The notes: generated from the letters alone by a model not told the origin. Counted from the first letter of the stretch, positions 19,215-29,578 are shown. The stretch: 64,000 nucleotides of DNA from Sphingomonadaceae bacterium PASS1 (GCA_002255985.1 NKIR01000014.1:3919-67918), one strand, 5' to 3'. Numbers and translations: made by a program.

Positions 19215-19380
19215 TTTTTCCTCCTGTAGGCATTCAGGTGATTTTGCCCCTGATGCGTTCCTGCCTATCTTTGTGTGCTGCGCTTGTCACATATTTTCTG
19301 CGTATTTTACGTGCGCCCAACGGAACGGGCGATGCGCCCGTTCGTTTGCGTTGCGGACTTCTCAAAAGGAAACATTCAAT

Positions 19381-20001
19381 ATGCCCTTCATTCTCCCCGA
19401 ACTTCCTTACGACAAAATTTCCTTCGGCAACCTGATTTCTGCGGAAACCTTCGACTTTCACCATCGCAAGCATCACAAGGCGTATGTCGATAAAACCAAT
19501 GCCTTGGTTGCCGACGATGCGGACTTATCAGGTGCGCCATTGAGCAAAGTTATTACGGCTGCCAAGGCGAAGGGCAACACACAACTGTTCAACAACGCCG
19601 CTCAAATTTGGAGCCACAGTTTTTATTGGCAGTGCCTGACACCTGAAAAACAGGCGCCTGGCGGCAAGTTAAAGACGATGATCGATGAAAGCTTCGGCAG
19701 TGCCGAAAACCTGCTGGCGAAGTTCAAAGAAGAAGCTGTCGCGCATTTCGCGAGCGGTTGGGCGTGGCTCATTGTCGAAGGCGGCACATTGAAGATTACG
19801 TCGTTACACGACGCCGACACACCGTTGGTGCATGATATGAAGCCTTTGCTCACAATCGATGTGTGGGAGCATGCTTATTATATCGACTATCGCAATGCCC
19901 GCCCTGACTATGTCGACGCGTTACTCGCCAATGCGATTAACTGGGAATTTGTAGCCGAAAATCTTGATGGACAAGGCCTCTCACGCGCTGACCAGTCCTG
20001 A
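19381..20001 (+). CDS. sodB: Fe/Mn superoxide dismutase (probably Fe-type)
   Basis: FHHRKHHKAYV, FNNAAQIWSH, F.SGWAWL, DVWEHAYYIDY. Confidence 0.93.
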   Translation: MPFILPELPYDKISFGNLISAETFDFHHRKHHKAYVDKTNALVADDADLSGAPLSKVITAAKAKGNTQLFNNAAQIWSHSFYWQCLTPEKQAPGGKLKTMIDESFGSAENLLAKFKEEAVAHFASGWAWLIVEGGTLKITSLHDADTPLVHDMKPLLTIDVWEHAYYIDYRNARPDYVDALLANAINWEFVAENLDGQGLSRADQS

Positions 20002-20003
20002 AC

Positions 20004-20633
20004 TCACGCGTTGGGCGGTGTCTCGGTATCATCGCCCAGTTTTAGCCCGTGGCGCATCAGCATCGGGATATTGGCAAGCGCGAACAGGAAAGTACAGGCC
20101 GTGACCCCCCACACCTTGATGGATAGCCAGGTATCGAACGAGAACCACTCTGGTCGCCGAAAAATCTCGTTCAGTCCAGCGAGCACGAAGAAAAACACAC
20201 CCCAACTTAGCGATAATTTCAACCAGCCGGTTTCGTCCAGACCTTGATAGGCATGCTCCAGGACATATTTGAGCATGGCCTTCCCGCGGAACCATCCCCC
20301 AAGCAGCAGAAGCGCGAAAAAGGCGTATATGATGGTCGGCTTAATCTGGATGAAGCGTTCGTCATGAAACCAGATCGTCAGCGCGCCGAAAAACACGCCT
20401 AAAGCTGCAGTGAGTTTCAGCATCGGCGAAATCTTGCCCAGTTTCACCTTGGAGACAATGACCGCGATAAGGATAGCGGCCATGAATGTGGCGGTCCCGA
20501 CAATCGCGCCTTGTTTCGGATCGGTGTCCGAACTGCCCAATTTTGACGCCACGAAAAACAGCAGCAGCGGTCCGAAATCGAGAATGAAGTTTAAAGTGCC
20601 CGACGGCTTTTTTGGCGTGGCTGTGTCGCTCAC
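20004..20633 (-). CDS. yciB: Inner membrane protein YciB (IspZ)
   Basis: LDFGPLLLFF, FIQIKPTIIY, W..IKVWG motifs. Confidence 0.9.
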   Translation of the reverse strand: MSDTATPKKPSGTLNFILDFGPLLLFFVASKLGSSDTDPKQGAIVGTATFMAAILIAVIVSKVKLGKISPMLKLTAALGVFFGALTIWFHDERFIQIKPTIIYAFFALLLLGGWFRGKAMLKYVLEHAYQGLDETGWLKLSLSWGVFFFVLAGLNEIFRRPEWFSFDTWLSIKVWGVTACTFLFALANIPMLMRHGLKLGDDTETPPNA

Positions 20634-21559
20634 AACGAACCTCCGCTAATCGCGCGGGCAACATCTTGCGCATTGAAGGGGCGTAGGTCATCGATGGTCT
20701 CGCCGACGCCAATGGCGTGAATGGGCAGGCCGAACTGCTTGGCCGCCGCGACCAAGATTCCGCCGCGCGCGCTGCCGTCCAATTTGGTCATCACAAGTCC
20801 AGTTACGTCAGCAACTTCTTTAAAGGTTTCGATTTGCGACAGCGCATTTTGCCCGGTCGTCGCATCCAGAACCAACACCACATTGTGCGGCGCTGCGGGA
20901 TTTAGGCGCCCAAGCACCCGGCGGATTTTCGCCAGCTCATCCATCAATTCGCGTTTGTTCTGAAGCCGTCCAGCGGTGTCGACGATCAGCACGTCGATGC
21001 CTTCCGCAGTCGCCTTTTTCACCGCATCAAACACGACACCAGCGGCGTCGCCGCCTTCGGGGCCAGTCACAATGGGTACGCCAATGCGTTCCGCCCAAAC
21101 TTTCAACTGGCCAATGGCTGCGGCGCGGAATGTATCGCCTGCGGCCAGCATGACGCCATAATCCTGTTCAAGGAAAAGGTTGGCCAGCTTTGCAATCGTC
21201 GTCGTCTTGCCCGATCCGTTTACGCCAATGACCAATATGACCTGTGGGCGCGGGAAGGCGTCAATTTCGAGCGGCGATGCGACGGGTGCTAACACGGCGG
21301 CCACTTCGTCCTCGACAATCTGGCGGATTCCTTCGGCGTTAATGCCCTTGTCAAAACGTCCAGCAGCAATCTTGTCGCGGATTTGCGCTGCCATGGCTGG
21401 GCCAAGGTCTGACGCAATCAACGCATCTTCAATTTCGTCGAGGTCGCGCGCTTCCAGCTTCGCCTTGGTGACAAGCCCCGCGATATTGTCCGTCAGCTTG
21501 CCTGATGTTTTCTTCAGGCCGCCAAACAGTCGGTCTTTCCACCCAGCATTCTCGCTCAT
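20630..21559 (-). CDS. ftsY: SRP receptor FtsY
   Basis: GVNGSGKTTTIAKLA, DTFRAAA, DTAGRL, TKLDGSARGG. Confidence 0.96.
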   Translation of the reverse strand: MSENAGWKDRLFGGLKKTSGKLTDNIAGLVTKAKLEARDLDEIEDALIASDLGPAMAAQIRDKIAAGRFDKGINAEGIRQIVEDEVAAVLAPVASPLEIDAFPRPQVILVIGVNGSGKTTTIAKLANLFLEQDYGVMLAAGDTFRAAAIGQLKVWAERIGVPIVTGPEGGDAAGVVFDAVKKATAEGIDVLIVDTAGRLQNKRELMDELAKIRRVLGRLNPAAPHNVVLVLDATTGQNALSQIETFKEVADVTGLVMTKLDGSARGGILVAAAKQFGLPIHAIGVGETIDDLRPFNAQDVARAISGGSL

Positions 21560-22821
21560 TCTAAAACCTCTGCCTGCAATATTCCGTCTGTTGACCGCAA
21601 AACCCGCGCGGCGACAATGCTGCCTTCGGCCATGACTTTATCCAGCTGCAGATACGCGAAATTTTCCGCGTGGCCACCCCTGCCGCCATTTTCTACCGCT
21701 ACATTCTGGATTGTACCAATCAGCCCCTCCAACCAGCGGGATTTTTCTGTGGCAACGGCTTCCCGTAATGCTTTCGCACGCGCCTTGATAATGGGATGGG
21801 GCAGTTGCGGCATACGGGCGGCTGGCGTGCCCTTTTTGGGGGAATATGGGAATATATGCCCATGCACGATCCCGCATTGCGCCACGAGGTCAATGCTGTT
21901 GGCAAACATTGCATCGTCTTCGGTCGGGAATCCTGCAATAATATCAGCGCCAATGGCGATCTCGTGACGCTTTGCTTTAAGCCGCGCAACCAGATCGATC
22001 GCGAGTTCGCGGCTATGGCGTCGTTTCATGCGCTTCAGGATCATATTGTCGCCTGCCTGCAGCGATAAATGAACATGCGGCATCACGCGCGCCTCTCCCG
22101 AGAGCAAATCGAAAAGCCGATCGTCAATCTCGACACCATCAATCGACGATAGCCTTAGGCGGGCAAGATCGGGAACGAGTTTCAATATCCGTTCGACCAG
22201 CGATCCTAAATTGGGGCTGCCCGGAAGATCATGGCCATAGCTGGTGACATCAACACCGGTCAACACCACCTCTTTAAAGCCGGTGTCGACGAGCTTTTGA
22301 ATGTGTTCAATGACGCTGCCAGCAGGGACGGAGCGGCTGTTGCCGCGGCCATAGGGAATGATGCAAAATGTGCAGCGGTGATCGCAGCCATTTTGTACCT
22401 CGACGAAAGCACGGGTTTTGCCGGAATAGGCGGTGACCAGATGCGGCGCGGTTTGCGCGATGGTCATGATGTCCGAGACAATTACCGGCCTGTCGGAACG
22501 ATCCATCAAATCGCGTAGCAAGGTCGCATCTTGTTTCTCATGATTGCCAAAGACGCCCGCAACCTCTGGCATGGCCCGAAATGTTTCGGGCTCCACCTGC
22601 GCAGCGCAGCCGGTAACCCACACGGACGCGTCCGGACGCCGCCGATGTGCCTGACGGATGGCTTGGCGTGTTTGCCGCACAGACTCATTGGTCACCGCGC
22701 AGCTATTGATGATGACAATGTCATCGCGGCCCGCAAGTTGTTCAGCCAGGGCATTGCTCTCTGCCAAGTTCAGGCGGCAACCCATGCTAATGACTTCAGG
22801 CTTTTTGACGGGCGCGTTCAT
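21556..22821 (-). CDS. mtaB: tRNA t6A methylthiotransferase MtaB
   Basis: MGCRLN, INSCAVT, radical SAM CDHRCTFC. Confidence 0.9.
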   Translation of the reverse strand: MNAPVKKPEVISMGCRLNLAESNALAEQLAGRDDIVIINSCAVTNESVRQTRQAIRQAHRRRPDASVWVTGCAAQVEPETFRAMPEVAGVFGNHEKQDATLLRDLMDRSDRPVIVSDIMTIAQTAPHLVTAYSGKTRAFVEVQNGCDHRCTFCIIPYGRGNSRSVPAGSVIEHIQKLVDTGFKEVVLTGVDVTSYGHDLPGSPNLGSLVERILKLVPDLARLRLSSIDGVEIDDRLFDLLSGEARVMPHVHLSLQAGDNMILKRMKRRHSRELAIDLVARLKAKRHEIAIGADIIAGFPTEDDAMFANSIDLVAQCGIVHGHIFPYSPKKGTPAARMPQLPHPIIKARAKALREAVATEKSRWLEGLIGTIQNVAVENGGRGGHAENFAYLQLDKVMAEGSIVAARVLRSTDGILQAEVLE

Positions 22822-23624
22822 CCAAATGCATCCCAGTCAGCCTGACCTTTGAACACATAAGTGGCGCTGCCGGTCATGATGACGGGCTGTCCGGGGCTCC
22901 AGTCGATGGTCAGGGTTCCGCCCGATTGGTGGACTGTAACCGGGGATGTTGCCTTACCCTGACGGATAGCGGCAACGGCGGTGGCGCAGGCCCCGGTTCC
23001 GCAAGCGCCCGTCAAGCCGGCACCGCGTTCCCAAACATTTAGGTGGATTTCATTCCCGGCAATCGAGGCGACATTTACGTTTACCCGTTCGGGAAACACG
23101 GAATCGTGTTCGATGGTCGGGCCAAGCTGGCGCAAGTCGATGGCATCAACATCATCGACAAAAAACACAGCATGTGGGTTGCCCATGTTGATGGCCATAG
23201 GCGCGGCGAGACTGTCCCAAGCCAGTGGCATGGCGTCAGTGTTCATTGGGAAAGCAAGCGGTATGTCCTGCCATCCGAAAGCCGCTTCCCCCATCGACAC
23301 TTTAACATCATTGCCCGACAACTTGCCTGAAATGATGCCGCCCAATGTTTCAATGTTGAGGTCTTGGTTTAACAGCGCAACGACACAGCGTGACGCATTG
23401 CCACATGCCTCAACCTCGCTGCCGTCGGGATTGAATATCCGCATGCGGACATCCGCGATTTTTGAAGGCAGCAAAAGGATAAGCTGGTCACAACCAATCC
23501 CGAACTTGCGATCCGCGATCTTTTGCGCGCGGGCAGGGGACATTTCGATGGATTGGACGCGTGCGTCGATAATGACAAAGTCATTGCCGAGCCCATGCAT
23601 CTTGTGAAATTCGCCAGTCACCAT
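22818..23624 (-). CDS. dapF: Diaminopimelate epimerase
   Basis: KMHGLGNDF, GCDQ, ACGNASRC, GNPH, WERGAGLTGACGTGA. Confidence 0.96.
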   Translation of the reverse strand: MVTGEFHKMHGLGNDFVIIDARVQSIEMSPARAQKIADRKFGIGCDQLILLLPSKIADVRMRIFNPDGSEVEACGNASRCVVALLNQDLNIETLGGIISGKLSGNDVKVSMGEAAFGWQDIPLAFPMNTDAMPLAWDSLAAPMAINMGNPHAVFFVDDVDAIDLRQLGPTIEHDSVFPERVNVNVASIAGNEIHLNVWERGAGLTGACGTGACATAVAAIRQGKATSPVTVHQSGGTLTIDWSPGQPVIMTGSATYVFKGQADWDAFG

Positions 23625-23908
23625 GGCGGCGATTTAGGGGCAGCCGGGCATCAAGTCTACCGTTGATGCCGAATATGGCGCAGTGAGGCTATGATAGTTT
23701 GCGGGCGTGATCCGCATCTTTTTCCATTCCTCGCCGGTACGCACCGAAAATGGCCAACCTATTGTTAACGGAGCCGCAATGATTGGGCACAGGTCACAGC
23801 CGCTCCAACCAACGGAAAAAATTTGATTTGCGGAGCCAAGGTTGGTAAGGGCGCGTCCAAGGCAAGGATATTGCCTTTCATAATTTGTGGGAAATCCGTT
23901 GTTTCCAA

Positions 23909-23941
23909 GCTGGTCGGCGAAGATTCGCTCACCGGCTTTTT
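23909..23941 (+). promoter_or_regulatory. Terminator-like hairpin in ffh 5' leader
   Basis: GCTGGT-C-GGCGAA-GA-TTCGCT-C-ACCGGC-TTTTT, about 40 nt before the ffh start. Confidence 0.45.
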
Positions 23942-23979
23942 GTTCGTTTATGCCTCCAAAAGGGGCACGTTGGTAAGGA

Positions 23980-25482
23980 ATGTCGATGTTTGACAAGCTG
24001 AGCGACCGGTTAGGAGGGGTGTTTGATCGCCTGCGCGGTCGCGGTGCGTTAAACGAAGCGGACGTGCGTGAAGCAATGCGCGAAGTGCGCGTGGCTTTGC
24101 TTGAAGCCGATGTCGCACTGCCCGTCGTTCGTGACTTCGTTGAGAAGGTTACCGAGCAAGCCGTTGGCGCGCAGGTTCTGAAGTCGGTAACGCCCGGCCA
24201 GCAAGTCGTCAAAATCGTTAATGACGCGCTTGTCGAAATGCTCGGCGCGGAACAAAGCGACCTTGATCTAGCTGTAGCGCCGCCTGCGATCATCATGATG
24301 GTGGGTCTGCAGGGCTCGGGTAAAACAACAACGACGGCCAAGATTGCGAAGATGCTGAAGGCCAAGCAGGGCAAGAAAGTCCTGATGGCTTCGCTGGACG
24401 TCAATCGTCCTGCCGCACAAGAGCAGTTGGCGACGCTTGGCACACAGACCGAAATTGCCACGCTTCCCATTATGCAGGGGCAGCAGCCCGTCGACATTGC
24501 AAAGCGTGCGATGCAGGCTGCAAAGTTGCAGGGCTTTGATGTCCTGATCCTCGACACCGCTGGCCGTTTGCATGTTGACCAGCAGTTGATGGACGAAATG
24601 CAGGCGGTGGCAAAGGTCTCCGTTCCGCAGGAAATCTTGCTCGTGGTCGACTCACTCACGGGTCAAGATGCCGTAAATGTCGCCAAAAGCTTCGGCGAAC
24701 GCGTCAATGTAACCGGTATCGTGTTGACCCGTATGGACGGTGATGCACGCGGCGGTGCTGCCCTGTCGATGCGCGCGATTACTGGAAAGCCCATCAAATT
24801 TGCAGGCGTCGGTGAAAAGCTCGATGCAATCGAAGCGTTTAACCCAAGCCGGGTTGCCGGACGCATATTGGGCATGGGCGACGTTGTTGGCCTTGTCGAG
24901 CGTGCGACCGAAATGGTCGAAAAAGAGGACGCGGATAAGCTCGCGGCCAAAATGGCCAAAGGCCAGTTCGACATGGAAGACCTGCGCATGCAGTTCCGCC
25001 AAATGTCCAAAATGGGCGGCCTGGGCGCGCTTGCGGGCATGATCCCCGGCATGAAAAAAGCCAAGCAGGCTATGGATGCCGGCGGCATGAACGACAAATT
25101 GCTCGTGCATATGGACGCCATCATTGGTTCCATGACGCCAAAAGAGCGCGCCAAGCCTGAATTGTTGAACGCCAAGCGCAAAATCCGGATTGCCAAGGGT
25201 TCGGGCATGACCGTGCAGGACGTCAACAAGCTCATTAAAATGCACCAAGAAATGGCGAGCGCCATGAAGCGAATTCGCAAGATGGGCGGCCTCAAAGGCC
25301 TCGCTGCCATGTTTGGCGGCGGCAAAGGTGGCATGGGCGGGGGCGACTTGGGTGGCGCGATGGAGGGAATGCACGGGCTTCCCCCCGGCGCTTTGCCACC
25401 CGGTTTCGGCGGTCTGCCCGGAATGGGTGGCGGCGGCGGAATGCCGCCTGACCTCGCACGACTTATTAATAAAAAGAAATAA
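23980..25482 (+). CDS. ffh: Signal recognition particle protein
   Basis: GLQGSGKTTT, DTAGRL, Met-rich M domain, Gly/Met-rich tail. Confidence 0.97.
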   Translation: MSMFDKLSDRLGGVFDRLRGRGALNEADVREAMREVRVALLEADVALPVVRDFVEKVTEQAVGAQVLKSVTPGQQVVKIVNDALVEMLGAEQSDLDLAVAPPAIIMMVGLQGSGKTTTTAKIAKMLKAKQGKKVLMASLDVNRPAAQEQLATLGTQTEIATLPIMQGQQPVDIAKRAMQAAKLQGFDVLILDTAGRLHVDQQLMDEMQAVAKVSVPQEILLVVDSLTGQDAVNVAKSFGERVNVTGIVLTRMDGDARGGAALSMRAITGKPIKFAGVGEKLDAIEAFNPSRVAGRILGMGDVVGLVERATEMVEKEDADKLAAKMAKGQFDMEDLRMQFRQMSKMGGLGALAGMIPGMKKAKQAMDAGGMNDKLLVHMDAIIGSMTPKERAKPELLNAKRKIRIAKGSGMTVQDVNKLIKMHQEMASAMKRIRKMGGLKGLAAMFGGGKGGMGGGDLGGAMEGMHGLPPGALPPGFGGLPGMGGGGGMPPDLARLINKKK

Positions 25483-25528
25483 GTATCACATTTAATTTAA
25501 GAATATTTCAGAAAGGTAAGTTAGTTTT

Positions 25529-26083
25529 ATGGCATTATCCATGCGTTTGTCACGGGGCGGTTCGAAAAAGCGTCCTTATTATAAAATCGTCGTAGCCGAC
25601 GCCCGCGCACCACGCGACGGTAAGTTCATTGAACGTATCGGCAGCTACAACCCACAGCTTCCTAAGGACAGCGCAGAGCGTATGATCCTCGATATCGAGC
25701 GTGCGAAGCATTGGCTGGCCGCTGGTGCGCAGCCGTCGGACCGCGTTGCACGCTTCCTTGACGTCGCTGGCGTCAAAGAGCGTAAGGTTAAGAGCAACCC
25801 GAACAAGGGTGAACCAGGCCAGAAAGCCAAGGATCGCGCTGAAGACAAGGCAACCAAGCTTGCAGAAGCCGAAGAAGCCGCAGCTGCAGCTGCAGCCGCT
25901 CCAGCACCTGAGCCAGAGCCAGAAGTAGTTGAAGAAGTAGCCGCTGAAGAAGCCGCACCTGCGGTTGAAGAAGCGCCTGCCGCTGAAGAGGCTGCGCCTG
26001 CTGAAGCTGCTGCTGAAGAAGCACCTGCTGCTGAGGAAGCACCTGCAGCTGAAGAAGCAACCGAAGAAAAGGCTGAGGGCTAA
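25529..26083 (+). CDS. rpsP: 30S ribosomal protein S16 with acidic Ala/Glu/Pro tail
   Basis: [26 protein letters not shown]; repetitive EEAPAA C-terminal extension. Confidence 0.97.
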   Translation: MALSMRLSRGGSKKRPYYKIVVADARAPRDGKFIERIGSYNPQLPKDSAERMILDIERAKHWLAAGAQPSDRVARFLDVAGVKERKVKSNPNKGEPGQKAKDRAEDKATKLAEAEEAAAAAAAAPAPEPEPEVVEEVAAEEAAPAVEEAPAAEEAAPAEAAAEEAPAAEEAPAAEEATEEKAEG

Positions 26084-26085
26084 CC

Positions 26086-26592
26086 TTGGCTGACTCAACC
26101 GTCACGCTTGCCGCCGTTTCTGGCGCGCACGGCGTGACGGGTGAAGTTCGTCTCAAGCTGTTTGCAGAAAATGTGGACAGCTTGAAACGCTACAAAAGTT
26201 TTAATGATGGCGCGTTGACGGTTAAGTCCCTTCGCCCAACAAAAGACGGCGCAATTGCGCGCTTTACCGAAATAAATGACCGCAATGCGGCCGAGAAACT
26301 GCGCAGCACATTGTTGACCGTGCCGCGCGATGCCTTGCCTGAACTGGGCGAGGGCGAATATTATTACAGCGACCTTCTTGGGCTTCCTTGCGTTTCAACC
26401 GATGGCACCGACCTTGGCAGCTGCATATCCGTTGAAAATTTTGGCGCGAGCGACGTTCTGGAAATTCAGATGCCGTCAGTTGATGGCAAGCCGGGCAAAA
26501 AGTTCATGGTTCCAATGACCGCCGAGGCTGTGCCTGAGTGGGGCGCGCAAGCGGGCGGACGCATAGTCATCGATGCCGACTTCGTGATATGA
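26086..26592 (+). CDS. rimM: Ribosome maturation factor RimM
   Basis: [28 protein letters not shown]; position in the rpsP operon. Confidence 0.93.
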   Translation: MADSTVTLAAVSGAHGVTGEVRLKLFAENVDSLKRYKSFNDGALTVKSLRPTKDGAIARFTEINDRNAAEKLRSTLLTVPRDALPELGEGEYYYSDLLGLPCVSTDGTDLGSCISVENFGASDVLEIQMPSVDGKPGKKFMVPMTAEAVPEWGAQAGGRIVIDADFVI

Positions 26593-27329
26593 CTTTCGCT
26601 GCCCAGATCCTGACGCTTTATCCCGAAATGTTTCCCGGTCCTCTGGGAATATCCTTGGCGGGCCGCGCGCTGGAAGAGTGCAAATGGTCATGTGCGCCCA
26701 TCCATATCCGTGACTTTGCGACCGACAAGCATCGGACCGTCGACGACACGCCAGCTGGCGGCGGGGCAGGGATGGTTTTGCGCGCAGACATCCTCGCCGC
26801 GGCGGTCGATCACGCGTCTGCTCAGCAGCCCAATGTGCCCGTTTTGGCAATGACGCCGCGCGGCAAGACGATTACACAGAGCCGCATACGGGAGCTTGCT
26901 GCAGGCCAAGGCGTTACCGTCCTTTGCGGCCGCTTTGAGGGCTTTGACGAGCGCATTTTTGATGCCCGACCCCATATTGAACAGGTTTCGATGGGCGATA
27001 TCGTGCTTTCGGGCGGTGAAATTGGCGCATTAATGCTGTTAGATGCTTGCATTCGGCTGCTTCCCGGCGTAATGGGCGCGACTTCCAGCGGTGATGAGGA
27101 GTCCTTTGAACAAGGATTGCTTGAATATCCGCACTATACCCGACCCAATGATTGGGAAGGGCGAATGATCCCTGAAGTGTTGCGATCGGGGGATCATGCG
27201 AAAATAGCCACCTGGCGGAAACAAAGGGCGGAGGAAGATACTCGGTTACGCAGACCGGACCTTTGGGGGCGTTACAAAGACGCCCGGGTTCAGCCTGCCT
27301 CTGACGTGCGACAAAAGAATAAGGATTAA
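26589..27329 (+). CDS. trmD: tRNA (guanine-N1)-methyltransferase
   Basis: [40 protein letters not shown]. Confidence 0.96.
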   Translation: MTFAAQILTLYPEMFPGPLGISLAGRALEECKWSCAPIHIRDFATDKHRTVDDTPAGGGAGMVLRADILAAAVDHASAQQPNVPVLAMTPRGKTITQSRIRELAAGQGVTVLCGRFEGFDERIFDARPHIEQVSMGDIVLSGGEIGALMLLDACIRLLPGVMGATSSGDEESFEQGLLEYPHYTRPNDWEGRMIPEVLRSGDHAKIATWRKQRAEEDTRLRRPDLWGRYKDARVQPASDVRQKNKD

Positions 27330-27336
27330 ATGGGGC

Positions 27337-27729
27337 ATGAACCTCATCCAAACACTCGAAGCCGAAGCTATCGCAGCTTTGTCAGAAAACAAAAAAATTC
27401 CTGCATTCCGTGCAGGTGACACCGTTAAGGTGGGCGTGAAGGTCATCGAAGGTGAGCGCACGCGTATTCAGAATTACGAAGGTGTATGCATCGCACGTTC
27501 GAACAAGGGCATGGGCTCCAACTTCACCGTACGCAAAATGTCGTTCGGCGAAGGTGTTGAGCGCGTATTCCCACTGTACAGCCCAAATATCGACAGCATC
27601 GAAGTTGTCCGTAAGGGCGTCGTACGTCGTGCGAAGCTTTACTATCTGCGTGGCTTGACCGGTAAGAAGGCACGTATTGCCGAACGCCGTGACCCGCGTC
27701 CTATTAAAACCACCGAGGCTGCCGAATAA
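27337..27729 (+). CDS. rplS: 50S ribosomal protein L19
   Basis: [29 protein letters not shown]. Confidence 0.97.
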   Translation: MNLIQTLEAEAIAALSENKKIPAFRAGDTVKVGVKVIEGERTRIQNYEGVCIARSNKGMGSNFTVRKMSFGEGVERVFPLYSPNIDSIEVVRKGVVRRAKLYYLRGLTGKKARIAERRDPRPIKTTEAAE

Positions 27730-27762
27730 GGCAGGAGCCGCGGTGCGTTTCTAACCAAACAC

Positions 27763-27799
27763 AAAAGGCCGGGCTCCCACAAAGAGCCCGGCCTTTTTT
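27763..27799 (+). terminator. Intrinsic terminator after rplS
   Basis: AAAAGGCCGGGCTC/GAGCCCGGCCTTTT perfect stem plus T-run. Confidence 0.88.
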
Positions 27800-27805
27800 A
27801 TTGTT

Positions 27806-27886
27806 TGTGCCCCGGTGCAGGCCGGGGTCCAGACTTCGGCATAGTCCTCCAGCGATAGCTGGACCCCAGCCTTCGCTGGGGAACAC
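27806..27886. repeat. Inverted REP-like doublet
   Basis: TGTGCCCCGGTGCAGGCCGGGGTCCAG ... CTGGACCCCAGCCTTCGCTGGGGAACAC: two internally palindromic units in inverted orientation with a 26-bp spacer. Confidence 0.72.
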
Positions 27887-27900
27887 AAAAGGAAGTGAAT

Positions 27901-28926
27901 ATGGGTTATCGTATCGTAGTTGCAGGCGCGACGGGCAATGTTGGCCGCGAGGTCGTCAATATTCTTGCCGAGCGCGCATTCCCTGCCGATGAAGTGGCTG
28001 TGCTGGCGTCATCGCGCAGCCAGGGTATCGAAATCGAATATGGCGATACCGATAAGATGCTGAAGATTCAGAATATCGAGAATTTCGACTGGTCGGGATG
28101 GGACATGGCGATTTTTGCCATTGGTTCAGAAGCAACCCAGAAATATGCGCCGATTGCGGCTGCTGCGGGCTGTGTGGTCATTGATAACAGCTCGTTGTTC
28201 CGCATGGACCCGGATGTCCCGTTGATCGTACCTGAGGTTAACCCAGACGCGATCGACATCTATAAGCGCAAGAATATCATCGCGAACCCGAATTGCTCGA
28301 CAGCACAGTTGGTCGTCGCGCTGAAGCCGCTGCACGATTATGCCAAGATTACGCGCGTGGTCGTCTCGACATACCAGTCAGTCTCTGGCGCGGGCAAAGA
28401 GGGCATGGATGAATTGTTTGAGCAGAGCCGCAACATCTTTGTTGGTGACAGCGCAGATGCCAAGAAGTTCACCAAGCAGATTGCATTTAACGTGATCCCG
28501 CACATCGATAGCTTCCTCGACGACGGTTATACCAAGGAAGAGTGGAAGATGATGGTCGAGGTCAAGAAAATCCTAGATCCCAAAATCAAGCTCACAGCGA
28601 CATGCGTGCGCGTTCCTGTATTTGTCGGCCACAGCGAAGCGGTTAATATCGAATATGAACGCGAAATGTCGGCAGAAACCGCGCAGAACATCCTGCGTGA
28701 GGCGCCTGGCATCATGTTGATCGATAAGCGCGAAGATGGGGGCTACACCACGCCCGTCGAAGCCGCTGGTGACGATGCGACCTATGTAAGCCGCGTGCGC
28801 GAAGACCCAACCGTAGACAATGGTCTTGCGTTCTGGTGCGTCTCCGATAACTTGCGCAAGGGAGCAGCGCTGAATGCGGTGCAAATCGCCGAACTGCTTG
28901 GGCGCCGGCATTTGAAAAAGGGATAA
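27901..28926 (+). CDS. asd: Aspartate-semialdehyde dehydrogenase
   Basis: GATGNVG, NPNCST, STYQSVSGAG, CVRVPVFVGH, DNLRKGAALNAVQ. Confidence 0.97.
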   Translation: MGYRIVVAGATGNVGREVVNILAERAFPADEVAVLASSRSQGIEIEYGDTDKMLKIQNIENFDWSGWDMAIFAIGSEATQKYAPIAAAAGCVVIDNSSLFRMDPDVPLIVPEVNPDAIDIYKRKNIIANPNCSTAQLVVALKPLHDYAKITRVVVSTYQSVSGAGKEGMDELFEQSRNIFVGDSADAKKFTKQIAFNVIPHIDSFLDDGYTKEEWKMMVEVKKILDPKIKLTATCVRVPVFVGHSEAVNIEYEREMSAETAQNILREAPGIMLIDKREDGGYTTPVEAAGDDATYVSRVREDPTVDNGLAFWCVSDNLRKGAALNAVQIAELLGRRHLKKG

Positions 28927-28930
28927 GTAT

Positions 28931-29578
28931 ATGGGGCTGCAAGCCGATGTTTTTTGGTCTTTTCGCAGCCCCTATAGCTATCTGGCGACGCGTCGTTATC
29001 GCGCGCTTGCCGAACAATATGATCTGACTATCAACTTGCGTCCGGTCTATCCATTGGCGGTGCGCGAACCTGACTTTTTCGAGCGCAGCCACCCGAACTG
29101 GTTGCGCTATACCTTTACCGACATGTTCCGCGTCGCGCAGTTTTATGGCATTCCGTTCGGTCCGCCACGGCCCGATCCCATTGTGCAAGACGTGCTGACC
29201 CGGAAAATTGCAGATGAACAGCCCTATATCTTCCGCCTGACGCGCTTGGGACAGGCAGCGGCCCGGCGCGGCAAAAGTCTTGCCTTTTGTGACGAGGTAT
29301 CACGCCTGATCTGGGGCGGCGCCGAAAACTGGCATGAGGGGGACCATCTGGCCGGCGCAGCGATGCGCGCCGGACTGGACTTGGCTGAACTGGATGCTGA
29401 AGCCATAAGCGATGCTGAGACACTCGACGCCGAAACCGCGGTCAACCAAGCGTCTCTCGAAGCATCGGGGCATTGGGGCGTCCCTACCTTGGTTTTCGAC
29501 GGCGAGCCCTTTTTTGGACAGGACCGCATTGATATGGCCGTATGGCGGATGCAGCTAAAGGGGCTGGTTGCGCGATAG
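28931..29578 (+). CDS. 2-hydroxychromene-2-carboxylate isomerase / GST-kappa (DsbA fold)
   Basis: FWSFRSPYSY, GHWGVPT..F.GE.FFGQDR. Confidence 0.88.
   Translation: MGLQADVFWSFRSPYSYLATRRYRALAEQYDLTINLRPVYPLAVREPDFFERSHPNWLRYTFTDMFRVAQFYGIPFGPPRPDPIVQDVLTRKIADEQPYIFRLTRLGQAAARRGKSLAFCDEVSRLIWGGAENWHEGDHLAGAAMRAGLDLAELDAEAISDAETLDAETAVNQASLEASGHWGVPTLVFDGEPFFGQDRIDMAVWRMQLKGLVAR

Noticed and set aside
23634-24659. 341-aa minus-strand ORF and possible small gene between dapF and ffh
   Set aside because: Mostly antisense to ffh; the intergenic part (23640-23880) has no convincing start, RBS or family match, though a decayed gene cannot be excluded
25300-25482. Gly/Met-rich low-complexity tail of Ffh as a novel repeat
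   Set aside because: Common extension of the M domain in alphaproteobacterial Ffh
27806-27886. CRISPR array
   Set aside because: Only two units, in inverted orientation, and no cas genes; no CRISPR array was seen anywhere in the window
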